Source: Octopus sinensis (taxonomy: Eukaryota). From it: a stretch of DNA of 38,031 bases. Shown piece by piece: positions 1 through 13,389 of this stretch; the stretch's first letter is position 1, and every line of letters starts with the position of its first letter. The position numbers were made by a program, and so were the translations under genes. Below the pieces are notes generated by a model. It did not search any database and was not told the DNA's origin. It worked only from the letters and a program-made list of their open reading frames with translations. Location of the stretch: NCBI RefSeq assembly GCF_006345805.1, contig NW_021835705.1, positions 1 to 38,031 of the forward strand, read 5' to 3'.

Positions 1-368
1 ACGTTGCAAGATTACTCAATGATATTAATGACGATGATCCATGTCGAAGAGTGCATCATTTTTTTTTATGGGGATATAAAAGACAAAGTCTACTCTCTGA
101 ATCCTGCAACAGTCGCTGATTTGAGAGCAGCCATTGAACGAGAATGCACACAAATACGAAACGAATTCTTTCGTGACGTTTGCGATTCCATTGCCTCGCG
201 TTGTCAGCAGTGCCTGAACCAGAACAGACGCCAGTTTGAAAACAGACGTTGACAAAACAATACATTAACGTCTGTGGATTCTATTAGATTTTGAAAATGA
301 AATGTATGTTAATAAATACTTACATAACAATTATTTAAGGTATATATACATTTTTTTGGGGCAAGCTG
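1..368 (+). mobile_element. 3' end of a Tc1/mariner-superfamily DNA transposon (transposase C-terminus plus right TIR), degenerate
   Basis: A frameshifted FFLWGY-KDKVY motif is followed by ...VADLRAAIERECTQI...RCQQCLNQNRRQFE*, matching the Tc1/maT-like transposase C-terminus. The end reads TA|CAGCTTGCCCCAAAA on the minus strand, a typical TIR with the TA target site at 369-370. Confidence 0.8.
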
Positions 369-417
369 TATGTATATAAATATATATATTACACACATAC
401 ATACAGGCAGGAGGAAA

Positions 418-455
<38 letters not shown>

Positions 456-458
<3 letters not shown>

Positions 459-618
459 GTGGCGAAAGAGTCAGCAGAAGTTCGCCATTATCTTCTGCCG
501 GAGCCGCGTGGAGCTTAGGTGTTTCACTCATAAACACACACATCGCCCGGTCTGAGATTCGAACCTGCGATCCCTCGACTGCAAGTTCGCTGCTGTAACC
601 ACTAGGCCACGTGCCTCC
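456..618 (-). mobile_element. tRNA-derived SINE with (TC)n tail
   Basis: Minus strand begins GGAGGCACGTGGCCTAGTGG (A box) ... GGTTCGAATC (B box), then ~90 nt of non-tRNA body ending in the (AG)n tract at 428-456. Confidence 0.8.
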
Positions 619-1084
619 ACACACACACACACACACATATTTACACACCGATACACATTTGTATATGAAGCAACATTTTTCGGAAATACTATCGTGAATA
701 GCATATTGGCCAACGACAAATTGATCGAAAGCCATATTCGAAGACAAAGAAATTGGTCGATAGAAAAGAATGATCGAAAATTTATTTGTGAAAGGAAAGG
801 TGGGATGTCCGCAGGATTTTTCAATATTTTTTAAAGGAAAGAAGTAAAAATAAAATTTTCTAAAATATGATGCAATAATTTATTGTAATTTGATTAAAGA
901 GTTTCAACGTGTTGTGGTTTGAAAATCAGAGTTCAGAATAACCATGAATTACATGAATTTGGAAATATACATAATGCCAGTAAATAAAATCGTAGTGATG
1001 TCGGAAAATCACCATGATACGCACTATGCCATAATCACAAGAGTCTGGCAAGAGCCGATTTTTGATAGAAAGAGAAAGAAACAT

Positions 1085-1116
<32 letters not shown>

Positions 1117-1167
1117 GGCAGAAAGGAAAAGAGATACAGCAGACAGAAAAAAGGGGAGAGCGACCAA

Positions 1168-1172
<5 letters not shown>

Positions 1173-1240
<68 letters not shown>
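1173..1240. repeat. (TA)n microsatellite
   Basis: Direct reading. Confidence 0.95.
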
Positions 1241-1242
<2 letters not shown>

Positions 1243-1287
1243 ATTAATTATATTTCACCCTTTTTGTGTATATATATATATTATACA

Positions 1288-2563
1288 TTGGGTCATCCCA
1301 TAAATAATGAGTTTTTAAAAAATACTTTTATCTTTCAAAATTAAGACAAAGTTCTTTTTAAATCTAAAATATACTCTCCTTCATTTTCTACAATGCACTA
1401 GTAGATTTGCAAGGCCCCCTTTTCAAAATTCACTCGTTTGTGATGAAAATAGTCCTCTAGCACTGTTCTGACCTCGTCTACAGAATTCATATTTTTTCCG
1501 TTCTGTGCGGAATAAATGATAATCAGATGGGGCAATGTCCGGCGAATATGATGGATGGGGTAGCGTTTCCCATTCAAACTGCTCCAGCGTTTTGGAATGT
1601 CATCCTTCTGTATGTAGCCGAGCATTATCCTGATGGAAGAACATCTTCCGTCTTGGAACCGAAGATGGTCGCTTTTCTTCTGGTGCTGGCTTAATCCGTT
1701 CAAGCTGCTCGCAGTAGATCTCCTTTGTTATCGTTTGGTTTGTGTTTAAAAGTTCAAGGTGGACTACATCTTTCATATCCCACTAAGCAGATAACAACAC
1801 CTTACATGGCTGAAGACCATTACGTGGGTGAAGACCTGGGGTGCTGGTGTTTCTCCTTCCCTTGTCCACTGTCTTCGGCGCTTGACATTTTTATAGAGAA
1901 CCCATTCCTTGTCACCAGTCACTATTCGTTCGAAAAAAGGTTCATTCGTGAGATATGACAGCAAAGAAGAACACACATTCACTCTCTGCGTGCGATTAGA
2001 CTCGGAAAGTATGCGAGGAACCCATTGGCACAATTTACTGACTTTTCTGATGGTACGCAGGCGTTGATAAATGGTTGAATGACCATATCCAAGCTTCTCT
2101 GCTAGTTCCTCAACAGTTACGATGGGATTTTGTTCCACTAGGTTTTGCATGACGTCCTCGTCGAGTTCTACAGATCTTCCAAAACGAAGCTAGTCTCCTA
2201 GGCTGTAGTTTCGGGTTCGGAATTTTTGGAATTTCTGGAACCACCGTTGACACTGGATAACACTTATTGTCTGAACCCCATCTACTGCATCAATACTCCT
2301 CACACTTTCCGTTGCGTTGTTGCCTTTATTGAACTCATAAAGCAAAATATGCCGAATATGTTCCTTTGTCACTTCTTTTATAGCTTTGAAAGAATAACAG
2401 TTAAAATCGAACTGTACTCTTTAAAACTTGCACTAAGAATAAGGACTAGGTAAAATTACTACCTGCTTTTATAACAAGTTGAAACAAGTAGTTCATCCCG
2501 TTCCCCTCCGACTTTTAGTTCATACAATTGAAAAAACCCCGCATTACTTATGGGATGACCCAT
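1288..2563 (-). mobile_element. Full-length but disrupted mariner (DD34D) transposon
   Basis: TIRs TTGGGTCATCCCATAAATAATG (1288-1309) and CATTACTTATGGGATGACCCAT (2542-2563). Transposase pieces across frames: MTKEHIRHILLYEF...CQRWFQKF (HTH, from 2372), WVP, IVTGDKEWVLY, HQDNAR (~1618-1635), HPSYSPDIAPSDYHLF (~1511-1558). Several frameshifts and stops. Confidence 0.93.
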
Positions 2564-2593
2564 TATATATGTATACCTGTATATTCGTGTGTG

Positions 2594-2664
<71 letters not shown>

Positions 2665-3548
2665 TGTGTGTTTGTATGTACATATACATCACACACAAAC
2701 ACACACACACACGCACACGTAAATACACATACAGTAGCTTCACAAACGGCCGCAACAGTATCAACAACACGACTAACAACGACAACAGCAACCGCTTTGA
2801 CAATGATGGCAATAACAACAACAACCATGATGGCAGCAGCGTGGGCGAACACGCAAACGCAGAGGGATACAGGAACTGTACCAAATTTCGGGTCCTAGGA
2901 CAGCAGCAGCGACAACGGAGGAGGTGCTGAGACTGTGGGGAAGGTCATAGTGCTACTAAGAACAATGATACACATACACAGAGAGACTCTCTCTCTCTCA
3001 CACACACATATATACAAACGAACGCAAGTGCATGCGCATGTAAGGATGCACATCATAGAAGAACAGAATGAAATGTGGAGCGAGAGCACACACGAAGATG
3101 GAAAGTGTTGTTGAAGAGGTCACAGATGTGTGACGAAATATTTCCGGACAATGGACATGAGTTAGAATAAGAAGAGTAATAAACGAGTGAAGAACAAATA
3201 TATAGTGCGTGTGTTTTTATAGCAAAAAAAAAACGATCATCCCGAAATACAACATCTGTTTCAACACACGATTTCACATCAGGAATCTTGTAACACAAAT
3301 TGATAAACGTATTATTATATAATTTACGATAATGAATGATTGTATGTTTTGAATCATACGACTTGATTTGCTTCATTTTATTCGATAAACGATGCCAAAT
3401 TTTCCCAAGCGCCGAAATCCTACTGACTCTGGATAAAACATTAGCTGACGAAATGGGTGTATCTATGTCAGTTTTTTTCGCCGGCCCAGTTAATTGTCGC
3501 GCACCGTCCTTCGCAATTATTTGGTTTGTATGTGTTATTAAGTATTAT

Positions 3549-3591
3549 ACATATACATATATATGTTATATATATATATATATAATATATA

Positions 3592-3638
<47 letters not shown>

Positions 3639-3794
3639 ATATATATATTATAATATATATATATATTATTTATATATATATAATATATATATATATATAT
3701 TATTATATATTATATATAATATATATTATATATATATTATATTATATATTATATATATATATATTATTATATATATATAATATATATAAGATAT

Positions 3795-3828
<34 letters not shown>

Positions 3829-3838
3829 ATTATATATA

Positions 3839-3868
<30 letters not shown>
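3549..3868. repeat. Degenerate (TA)n / AT-only low-complexity tract
   Basis: Direct reading. Similar tracts at 5838-6245, 11516-11870, 17757-17870, 25151-25690, 32870-33480 and 35900-36080. Confidence 0.95.
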
Positions 3869-3869
<1 letters not shown>

Positions 3870-4900
3870 AAAATTTATACACGTATTCATCAACAAACCA
3901 TTATTTACACGAATGGCTTTTATTAGCTTACGTAAGTCCTCAGTAGAAATGCGATCAAAATGCATACTCGCATTGTAAGTTACAGTCATGGCTTTTTAAT
4001 AGTATTAAAACGAGTCCTCTTGGTCTGCCTTGGCATAATTACTGTAACAAACACCCTACCATAGCTCCCTTTCACTATGATTAACGTTATGATTCATTTC
4101 AATTCCTTTATGAATTTGTATTATATATACTGGTGACCGTTATTTTCCAGGAAGTCTATTAATGTCTGCTATTTTCCCTGTGTTATGCCTTTCTCACTCT
4201 CATTTTGTATGGTCTCATTTCGTAGTTCATTGTTTTTCTACAAAAAATTAGCTACTTCCAGGCACTTCTGTTTCGCTGTCCGTTTTCACTAACAATGTGT
4301 TCCCCAAATTTTATTTTCTCATTTTCCATTTCATATATAATTTTGTCATCTCTCTTCAAATACTCCATTTGATTTTTAGCAAATTATTTCAAAGGCTGCA
4401 AACTTTTCATTCGTGTGTAATCTTCTTATGGAATCGAACATATGTCCGATTGTACCGAATCAATTTAATTTAATGAATTACGTAAGATATAGTGTTTCTA
4501 CGTGCGTTTGTTTATTTGAATATATATTTATGTATCAGTATGACTATGTACATATACATGTATATAGTTTCATAGGTATATATACCCGTTTGTATAACTT
4601 CGTATGCGTACGTATATTTATATACGCGTATGTATGTGTGCTAAGATAAATGGATTTACGTAAGAGGTGTAAACATGCATTCTATACGCGTGTATGCATG
4701 AGTAAACGTATGTATACGTATACGATATCAGTAAAGAAAAACATTTCACACAGTTTTGACCTTAGGACATACACGTCTCATGATAGGAGTCCATTAAAAC
4801 AAAAAAATTACCCAGAATAACGAACTTTCTGTACATGAAAAGTATACAGTAAACTTGAACCATCGAAAAAACATATATGTCGTAAAATATACATAAGTAG

Positions 4901-4944
<44 letters not shown>

Positions 4945-5057
4945 TCTATTTTATGTTATGCTTATGTAATTTGGAGAGTGTACAAACATGCATACCTACA
5001 TACATATATACGTATATGCATACATGAATATATATATATAGGTATATAGATATATGC

Positions 5058-5058
<1 letters not shown>

Positions 5059-5116
<58 letters not shown>
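5059..5116. repeat. (TATC)n microsatellite
   Basis: Direct reading. Confidence 0.95.
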
Positions 5117-5118
<2 letters not shown>

Positions 5119-5271
5119 CCTATCTGTCTATCGTTCACGTCCGTATATATGCATAAATGTGTGATTAAACAAAAGTTTGTGCTCGCAGGCGTACTTTGTG
5201 CATATACATATATGGATATATAAACAAATATTTCTATTGCAATTGCATGCAATAATGTGTGTGTTTGCCGC

Positions 5272-5318
<47 letters not shown>

Positions 5319-5997
5319 TGTAAGTATAAAAAATGCATAAATAAATATAGTATATAAATATATATATGTGTATACATGTTTATATATAAACATGAATGTA
5401 TACACACACATATATATGCACTTAGACATACATGCATATATATATATATATATATATATAATTATATATATATACATATATACATGACTATATATATGCA
5501 CAGACGTACATGCACACACACACACACACATATATACACACATATGCGTCTGTACGTGTGTTTGCATCTAGGCATTTTTGGTTGATAAGCATGCATGTTC
5601 AATATTTTCGTTTTTGTTTTATGTATTTCTTCGTGCTTGGTCTGATAAATCTTCGTATGTGTATGGCTGATTGTTTGTTTATGAGATGCGTTGCAACATT
5701 TTCTTTAGGTTTTTTTTTTTGTTATTCGGTTTGTGCAAAGAATTTTCATGTACTAAGCAAAACTACACGGTTTTCCATCATGTTTTACAGATATTTTTAT
5801 ATCCTTCGCCAAGCTTTTACACATACACACACAGATTTATAATATATATATATTATATATTATATATATAATATATATATATTATATATATATATATATA
5901 TATATTTATATAATATATTATATATATATCTATAATATTTATATATATATATATATTTATATATATTATATATTTTTATATATATATATTTTAATAT

Positions 5998-6031
<34 letters not shown>

Positions 6032-6169
6032 ATATATATTATATATATATATATATATAAATATATAATATATATGTTATTTTGTATACATACATAAATA
6101 TTCATGTATATATGTATATTGGTGTATATATATATGTATATATATATATATAAATATATATATATATAT

Positions 6170-6202
<33 letters not shown>

Positions 6203-7270
6203 CGGTATATATATTGTATATATATATATATATATACATATATGTATCTATCTACATGTGCGTGTATAATATCAACACACACACATACACATTGTAATGT
6301 CATATGTCTTCATATATTGTTGTTAGAATTTTTTCTTCGTATGTATATCCATGATTCGTGTTCAGACTTCTTTTCCCGTTTCTTCAATCGTTCGTCTACT
6401 TCACTGTAAGCGTATCAATTTACATTACAGTCTTCTCTCTAACGGCTGTCTGGCGTATATCTTTTTTCTCTATACATCAAGTCTGTGGCAACCAACAGAA
6501 AATAATGCCAACGAACGCTTTCCATTAGTTTGACAAAGAACTATTTTGAAACCACACAGAGTATAATAAGGTAAAACATTAAAAACTAAGTGATCAAAAC
6601 TTCACTTGGGCTCGCTTAAGCAAATTGACCGCCACTAAAGAAAATCAGTTTGTTTATTCTTATACAGAGACTGGACACGTCAGAAATAAGTCTTTCAGTC
6701 TACAACACGTGTTTCCGGTATGGGACATTATATAATTTGTTAGTTCATGTAAGGAAAAAAAAACAAACAAGAAATATATTAAAAAAAATTATCATATAAT
6801 GTAGTAGCGATGTGGTTTATATATTGTTTATAGATAGAAAATATAAACCGTGATGAATGCAAAGCTTGGACAAGTAATACTATTGCGGAAGGAAATAGAG
6901 AAAGAGACCATTTTCTAAGAGAAAGTGGCGTCCATGGATTGGGCAAATATGCAATGCGTATTATTTTGAAATAAAAATAAATAAAATCTGAAAAAAATGA
7001 ATCAGTTTTTGATCCATGGGCTGCAGCAGTGGTATTTGCTGGAAAGAAATGGAATTTTTACAAAAACAATTTTTTTTTTGGCAATAGGTTTAGGAGGTTG
7101 GCAGGCTCCGCTGAAGCATTATCTATAACAGAAACAGTCTTCACTGGAAAACATTTTTCGATGAATTCGTCACATCCATTGGGGACGAATACATCAATGA
7201 ACTACGCAATAAACAAGTTCCTGAAACCCGAGGTACCATTATCATCATCATTATCCTTATCATTATGATT

Positions 7271-7508
7271 AAGGCGGCGAGCTGGCAGAAACGTTAGCAC
7301 TCCGGGCAAAATGCGTAGCCATATTTCGTCTGACGTTAGGTTCTGAGTTCTAATTCCGCCGAGGTCGACTTTGTCTTTCATCCTTTCAGGGTCAATTAAA
7401 TAAGTACCAGTTACGCACAGGGGTCGATGTAATCGACTTAATCCATTTGTCTGTCCTTGTTTGTTCTCTCTGAGTTTAGTCCCTTGTGGGTAGTAAAGAA
7501 ATAGGTAT
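7271..7508 (+). mobile_element. tRNA-derived SINE, family A (monomer)
   Basis: Head AAGGCGGCGAGCTGGCAGAA, B-box-like GAGTTC(A/T)AATTCC, central CTTTCATCCTTTC-GGGTC-A...AAGTACCAG core and tail ...GTAGTAAAGAAATAGGTAT. Many homologous copies in this window. Confidence 0.9.
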
Positions 7509-7518
7509 ATGTGGGTTC

Positions 7519-7571
<53 letters not shown>

Positions 7572-7595
7572 GAAGAAGAAGAAGAAGAAGAAGAA
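7519..7595. repeat. Compound (AAT)n(AAG)n microsatellite
   Basis: Direct reading. A second (AAT)n lies at ~7826-7864. Confidence 0.95.
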
Positions 7596-7825
7596 GTGCA
7601 AAAGATTGTCTTAACTGGTACATCACACGTATTGAGAAGAGCATTGTCGATGTGAGAACTATTACTACCCATATATTTTAATTTAACTTAAAAAAAAAAT
7701 GAACGAACTAGTGAGTTTAGTTTAATAGCCTACCAATGTATACTATGAGTTTCTTTGCCCTAGGAGTCGGGAAGACACTCGGCAAGAAATGGAAGCAAAT
7801 TTGAAAGAAGAAGAAAAAAGATAAC

Positions 7826-7864
<39 letters not shown>

Positions 7865-8317
7865 TCCCCGTTTAACAATGAGATAGAAAATCTCATTGTC
7901 ATGTAAATCAAATATAAACCATTTGTTATTGAATGTGTGAGTAAAGCTTTATTTTCGAATGGTTGGTCTTGTTTTACGAGCAACTTGAAAGGGAAACTTT
8001 TATTACCAGTACGGACAATGATGCAACACCAGGAGAATTTTAAAGCTGTCAAGAATTCGTTCGAGTGTTAAAATAAAAAGAAAAAAGAAAAAAAAGAAAG
8101 AAAGAAATAAAGAAAGAAATCGTTAGGCTACTTTCGGTTTTGTGATGCCTCGCGAAGTTGCCAGTCTGAAACAATCGCTGCAGAAAATTACGGGTTTTAT
8201 GAGCTTGTAAAGCAGATTTTAAACTGCGATAGAAGAGTTCACTTTTGAGAGTAAAAAATTTAATATAGGAGGAGACTAAACCAGTTATACATTATCAATG
8301 AAGGAGAAATTAATATG

Positions 8318-8728
8318 TATTTCTTTATTGCCCACAAGGGGCTAAACATAGAGGGGACAAACAAGGACAGATAAACGGATTAAGTCGATTATATCGACCC
8401 CAGTGTGTAACTGGTACTTATGTAATCGACCCCGAAAAGCAAAGTCGACCTCGGAGGAATTCGAACTCAGAACGTAGCGGCAGACGAAATATCTATTTTT
8501 TTTAACTACCCACAAGGGGCTAAACACAGAGAGGACAAACAAGGACAGACAAAGGGATTAAGTCGATTATATCGACCCCAGTGTGTAACTGGTACTTATT
8601 TAATCGACCCCGAAAGGATGAAAGCCAAAGTCGGCCTCGGCAGAATTTGAACTCAGAACGTAGCGGCAGACGAAATACTGCTAAGCATTTCGCCCGGCGT
8701 GCTAACGTTTCTGCCAGCTCGCCGCCTT
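8318..8728 (-). mobile_element. SINE family A, head-to-tail dimer
   Basis: Reverse complement of 7271-7508. One complete head at 8728, then a second unit lacking the head. Confidence 0.9.
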
Positions 8729-8756
8729 CTAGAAACACTTGTATGTGTTTATAAAG

Positions 8757-9150
8757 CGACGGATTGGTAAGATCATTTGAACGTTGGAAAATGCTATCAA
8801 GTATTTCTTCCGATTCTGTATGTTCTGCGTTCAAATCCCACCGAAATCATGTTCACCTTTTATCCTTACGAGGTTGTTAACAAAGTACCAATAAGTACTG
8901 GATCGATATTATCGACTAACCCTCACCTACCAAAGATATCTTTGTGCTTAAATTAGAAACAATTTTATGTGCTCTAAAGGGCGGCAGATTTGCAAAATCG
9001 TTAAGAAGTCCACCAAAATGCTTGGAGGCAGGTATTTTGGTTCAGTTTAAAGGTTTGCTAATATAAAGTACCGGTTAAATACTCTGAAGTGGTTTAAACC
9101 GATTAACATAATTCCTCAATTTGTAGACACGTCTGTGTCAGAAACGACTA
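8757..9150 (+). mobile_element. Two old, degenerate SINE family A-related copies
   Basis: Remnants of GTTCAAATCC, CCTTT-ATCCTT-CG-GGT and AAGTACC motifs. Similar decayed copies at ~10200-10337(-), 18600-18850(-), 26470-26600(+), 28530-28680(-), 34762-34870(+) and 36908-37060(+). Confidence 0.6.
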
Positions 9151-9687
9151 TATAGTGTACATTTCGTTATTGGTTTGTCTTCTATTAATATATAAATATA
9201 ATTTTTTGGGATGTTGATTTTCAACCTAGGAACACATTTTAGAACGAATTGCAAGCATTGTTCTTAAACACACACACACAACACACACACACATATATAT
9301 ATATCATAATTAATGCGGGAAAATTTTTTATGGTAAGAAATGAGATTCTGGAACAAATTAGATTCGTTAGCGCAAGATAAAATGTACTTTGTTTACAAAT
9401 TACTAATTCTACCAATCAAAGGACTGATCTATCACCGTCTGCCTCATATAACTTCTTTGCTCTTTGTCTCGTGTATATTTAATTACCATTCGTTGTATAC
9501 ATTAGTTTATATTCGTTCTCGTTGCTATCAAAAGGCACTAAAGAATATTGTTTTGGTATTGATTTCTTTCATCTAATCACCTTTCAAATCAATAAGTCAC
9601 CATTGCTAATAGACCATAATTTTCTTAGTCTAACTATAATCTTTTGCTAACCTTATACGTGACACAGGGCTTCTAAGGCTAGTAGAA

Positions 9688-9969
9688 GGGAGGGAAGATG
9701 GTATCCTCAAATTAGCGGTCAAACCAGAATACTTGCAACAGTGGTCTCCTGTTACTTAAAGAAACCTTAGTGGACCCCTGTGGGAGGGAAGATGGTATCC
9801 TCATATTAGCGGTCAAACCAGAATACTTGCAACAGTGGTCTCCTGTTACTTAAAGAAACCTTAGTGGACCCCTGTGGGAGGGAAGATGGTATCCTCAAAT
9901 TAGCGGTCAAACCAGAATACTTGCAACAGTGGTCTCCTGTTACTTAAAGAAACCTTAGTGGACCCCTGT
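9688..9969. repeat. Tandem repeat, 3 x 94 bp, near-identical
   Basis: Units start GGGAGGGAAGATGGTATCCTC at 9688, 9782 and 9876. One visible substitution (CAAATT vs CATATT). Confidence 0.95.
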
Positions 9970-10410
9970 ATACTAAAGAAAGCTAAGATGTGGTAAAGAT
10001 ACCTAAGGCGGCAGTTGGTGGTGTTAAACCACCTCCACCAACTACAGCTGCTACCTAAGGTATGTATGAGTATCTGGAACCCAAGTAAACCATGGCAGGA
10101 TTTGGAAATCAAAATACGAAGAGCTGGGAAAATGAAAGTAAGGCAATCCGGTGTGCTGTTCTTACAGTTCCGTTTTTAATACGTCTTGGGATGGTTGTAG
10201 TTATTCGTTTTCATCAGCCTCGAAACAATGAAAGGCAAAGTTGACCTTGGCGAAATTCGAACACAAAGTGGAGACAGTCGGACAGATGCCGCCGGACATT
10301 CAGTTGGACGCTCTAACGACTCTATTAATTCTCCGCTGATCAATTTACTGGAATACATTTTTGACTTCACTTTTCAAATTTAAAAAAAAACATCAACTTT
10401 TTTTTTTATC

Positions 10411-10782
10411 TTGTACTTGTTTCAATCATTGGACTGCAGCCATGCTTAGAGACACCTCCTTCAAGGGTTTGGTTTCAGAAATCGACTCTAGTACTTCTTG
10501 AAAGTCTGATATTTTATTGGTTTCTTTTGCTGAACTGCTAAGTTACAGGGATATAAACAAACCAGCACTGATTATTAAGCGGCGGTAGTAGTGAACAGCC
10601 ACAAACTAAGCAAAAATATAAAAGGCACGTACTTAGATACACACACACATGATGGGCTTCGTTTCAATTTCCGCCTACCAAATTCATTCATAAGGCAATG
10701 GATGGCGCGGGGCCATAGTCTACTGAATACGAACTCACCTGGTGGCGAAGCGAGCTTTTTAACGACTAAACTAGGCTCCGCC
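10411..10782 (-). mobile_element. Degenerate SINE family B (CORE-like)
   Basis: Homologous to 21401-21797 (TTGTTTCA-TCATT-GACTGC-GCCATGCT; CTGCTAAGTTAC-GGGA; TTTCCG-CTACCAAAT). Confidence 0.75.
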
Positions 10783-10815
10783 AACAAAAGTTAAAGTTTG
10801 TATAATTTAAACCTA

Positions 10816-10877
<62 letters not shown>

Positions 10878-10965
10878 AGCAATAATAAATCTCTAACGAG
10901 GTTATAGACAGTAACTGCACGACTTCACACACACACACACACAACACACACAACACACACACACA

Positions 10966-11017
<52 letters not shown>

Positions 11018-11518
11018 CATATATACAAACACAAAAAGACATATACGAGTTCATTTTTATAATACATATTATTTCATTGATTTCTAACATTTCCTTTCCA
11101 TGTAAAAATGTGGTTCTTATTTATTATTGTAAATAATAATTTGACTTTACACAGGTGGACCTGTTTATTATCATTATTGTAATTTCCTTTCAATTTTACC
11201 ACATATTGACTCTGTATTTGTTTTTCTTATTTAAAAATGATTTTATACCTGTATGTGTATATGCATGCGCATATATATATCTGTGTGTGTGTGTGTGTGT
11301 GTGTGTGGCCGTTTACACATACACATGTGTAGTACGCACATATATATATAATTACATAACGATAAAAACGCGCATGCAAGTTTGCGCTTATCCTACAAAG
11401 TAATGTAATTTTGTGGTTGCGCGAGACGTGTGTGCAGATATTCACGTATGTTTGTTTTCCTATGTTTATAGTTCTCTCTTTCTTTCTTTCTCTGTTCCTC
11501 TCTCTTTCTCTGTTTATA

Positions 11519-11576
<58 letters not shown>

Positions 11577-11594
11577 TATGTATATATATACATA

Positions 11595-11625
<31 letters not shown>

Positions 11626-11709
11626 TATATACATACATATATATATATGTATGTATACATACGCACACATACACAATCCCATATATGTATGTGTATGTTT
11701 ATGTGTATG

Positions 11710-11747
<38 letters not shown>

Positions 11748-11801
11748 CTGTGAACATTTGTGTGCCCTTTTGTACCATTTTATGCAATTAATTTTATGAG
11801 T

Positions 11802-11880
<79 letters not shown>

Positions 11881-12757
11881 GTGTGTGTGTGTGTAAAGTA
11901 TAAATGTGTGCATATATGTAACGTAAACATGTGTACATATGCGAGTATATACGTGTGTGATTGCATTTGTCTAAATGTTTGTATGCCTATAAATTTTTAT
12001 TACCTTCCCTACATTTTTCATTTGTTATGTCTCTGTATTACTGCTTATATATCTATTTAAAGTCAGTTCCTCACCTTTCATTCTGTCAGTCAAATTAGTT
12101 CCTTTAAGCGCGCTTTTTCATACCTCTATATTTTCATATATTGATTATACACCAACAAAAATCGCTTACAATAGTGTTTTGTTTATTTTCCTTGCACATA
12201 TACTCTTGACAAATTTATTACCTCCCGTTAAGTAATACCATCAATAAGCTAATTGCCATCGATTTGTTTTGTATTTAATAGTTCTATAACTCTATTTTTT
12301 TTCACGCTCTCCTTATTATTTTAGGTGAAATACTAAATTTGAAGTTTATTTCCAGTGTGTAATTTTAACACATTTTATTAATGTACAATTTTATTTTTAT
12401 ATCTTTGTAGATATTGGAGTTTACAACAAAACTGATAATGCTTTAATTTAATTAGTCACTTTTTCTCCTCCATAATTTTTTGTCGTATTTGTATTTTTTA
12501 TCTAAAGATCTATATAATTCATAACAATTTTTCTATAATAGCGAATATAATGCTACAAGCAATGGCTCATGATTCAAGTATGTTTATTGAAAAATTCCTT
12601 ACTCTAAAAAATAATATTTCGTCGCTGACGTAACATCACAAGATCAAATTCTTTAATATTCAGGTTTTATTTTTTAAAACCTCTTCTTTTTAGAGACCCA
12701 TCTTCTTTATAACGCTTTTGTTTCTTAACATACAAAACTACCATCTCTTATTCTTTC

Positions 12758-12800
12758 ACTGTCGAAGAACCAATCATAGGCGAAACTTTGAAGTAACAGT
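12758..12800 (+). ncRNA. Degenerate type I hammerhead ribozyme remnant
   Basis: ACUGU [C-GAAGA] ACC-aaucaua-GGC GAAA CUU-ug-AAG UA| ACAGU. Helix I (5 bp) and helix III pair, but the core lacks U4 and helix II has a mismatch. Confidence 0.5.
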
Positions 12801-13389
12801 CAGTCAATGGCTGTGTCTTCGGTGATTAATAAATACACTTTGCAACAACATAGTTTCATGTTCAGTTCCAGTGCGTTGTACCCTGGACAAATTGCCTCTA
12901 CTGAGTTAATTTTGTGGGCAAAACTCTGTGGAATCGCGTCACGCATATATATATATATATATATAGGTGAGAGAGGTGGTATGTGAAAGCACGTGGTTGG
13001 ATGTATAAAAGACAAAAAAGAGTGAAAAGACTACACGTGGAACTTAATTTGACGTTTAAAGAACAGGCATGGCATCGTGAACAATTAGAAAATCTATAGT
13101 GAGTTTTTAAGTAGTAAAATGTCACAGATTGAGTATTAAGAACGGTTATAAGTAACTGGATCCATTAGATCTGGTAGCTTTATTTTGTCACAGATTGACG
13201 ATGCCAACAAAACTGGCAGGTTCTTCCGAACTGTTCCGTAAAGTGCACTCTTCTACAATCATGAGCATAACACTCTTTGTTACAAATTAAACTTTAAGCA
13301 TTTACTGATGGATAAAAATCGCACAAGCAACACAAATACATTATATGACAAAGCGGAGAAAAACAAGTGATACATGGAGTTAGACGTTT

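Noticed and set aside
545-618. Functional tRNA gene
   Set aside because: A and B boxes are present, but the acceptor stem does not pair and the sequence continues into a SINE body and tail.
6695-6735. Minus-strand GAAACACGTGTT resembling a minimal hammerhead helix III
   Set aside because: No CUGANGA core or helix I/II can be drawn.
6834-7231. Possible host exons (AG|ATAGAAAAT...ATGC|GT and CAG|GCTCC...CCGAG|GT)
   Set aside because: Weak splice signals, stops in the most protein-like frame and no recognisable product; needs RNA-seq or BLASTX to support.
9688-9969. CRISPR-like array
   Set aside because: Units are contiguous and identical, with no unique spacers and no cas genes, in a eukaryotic context.
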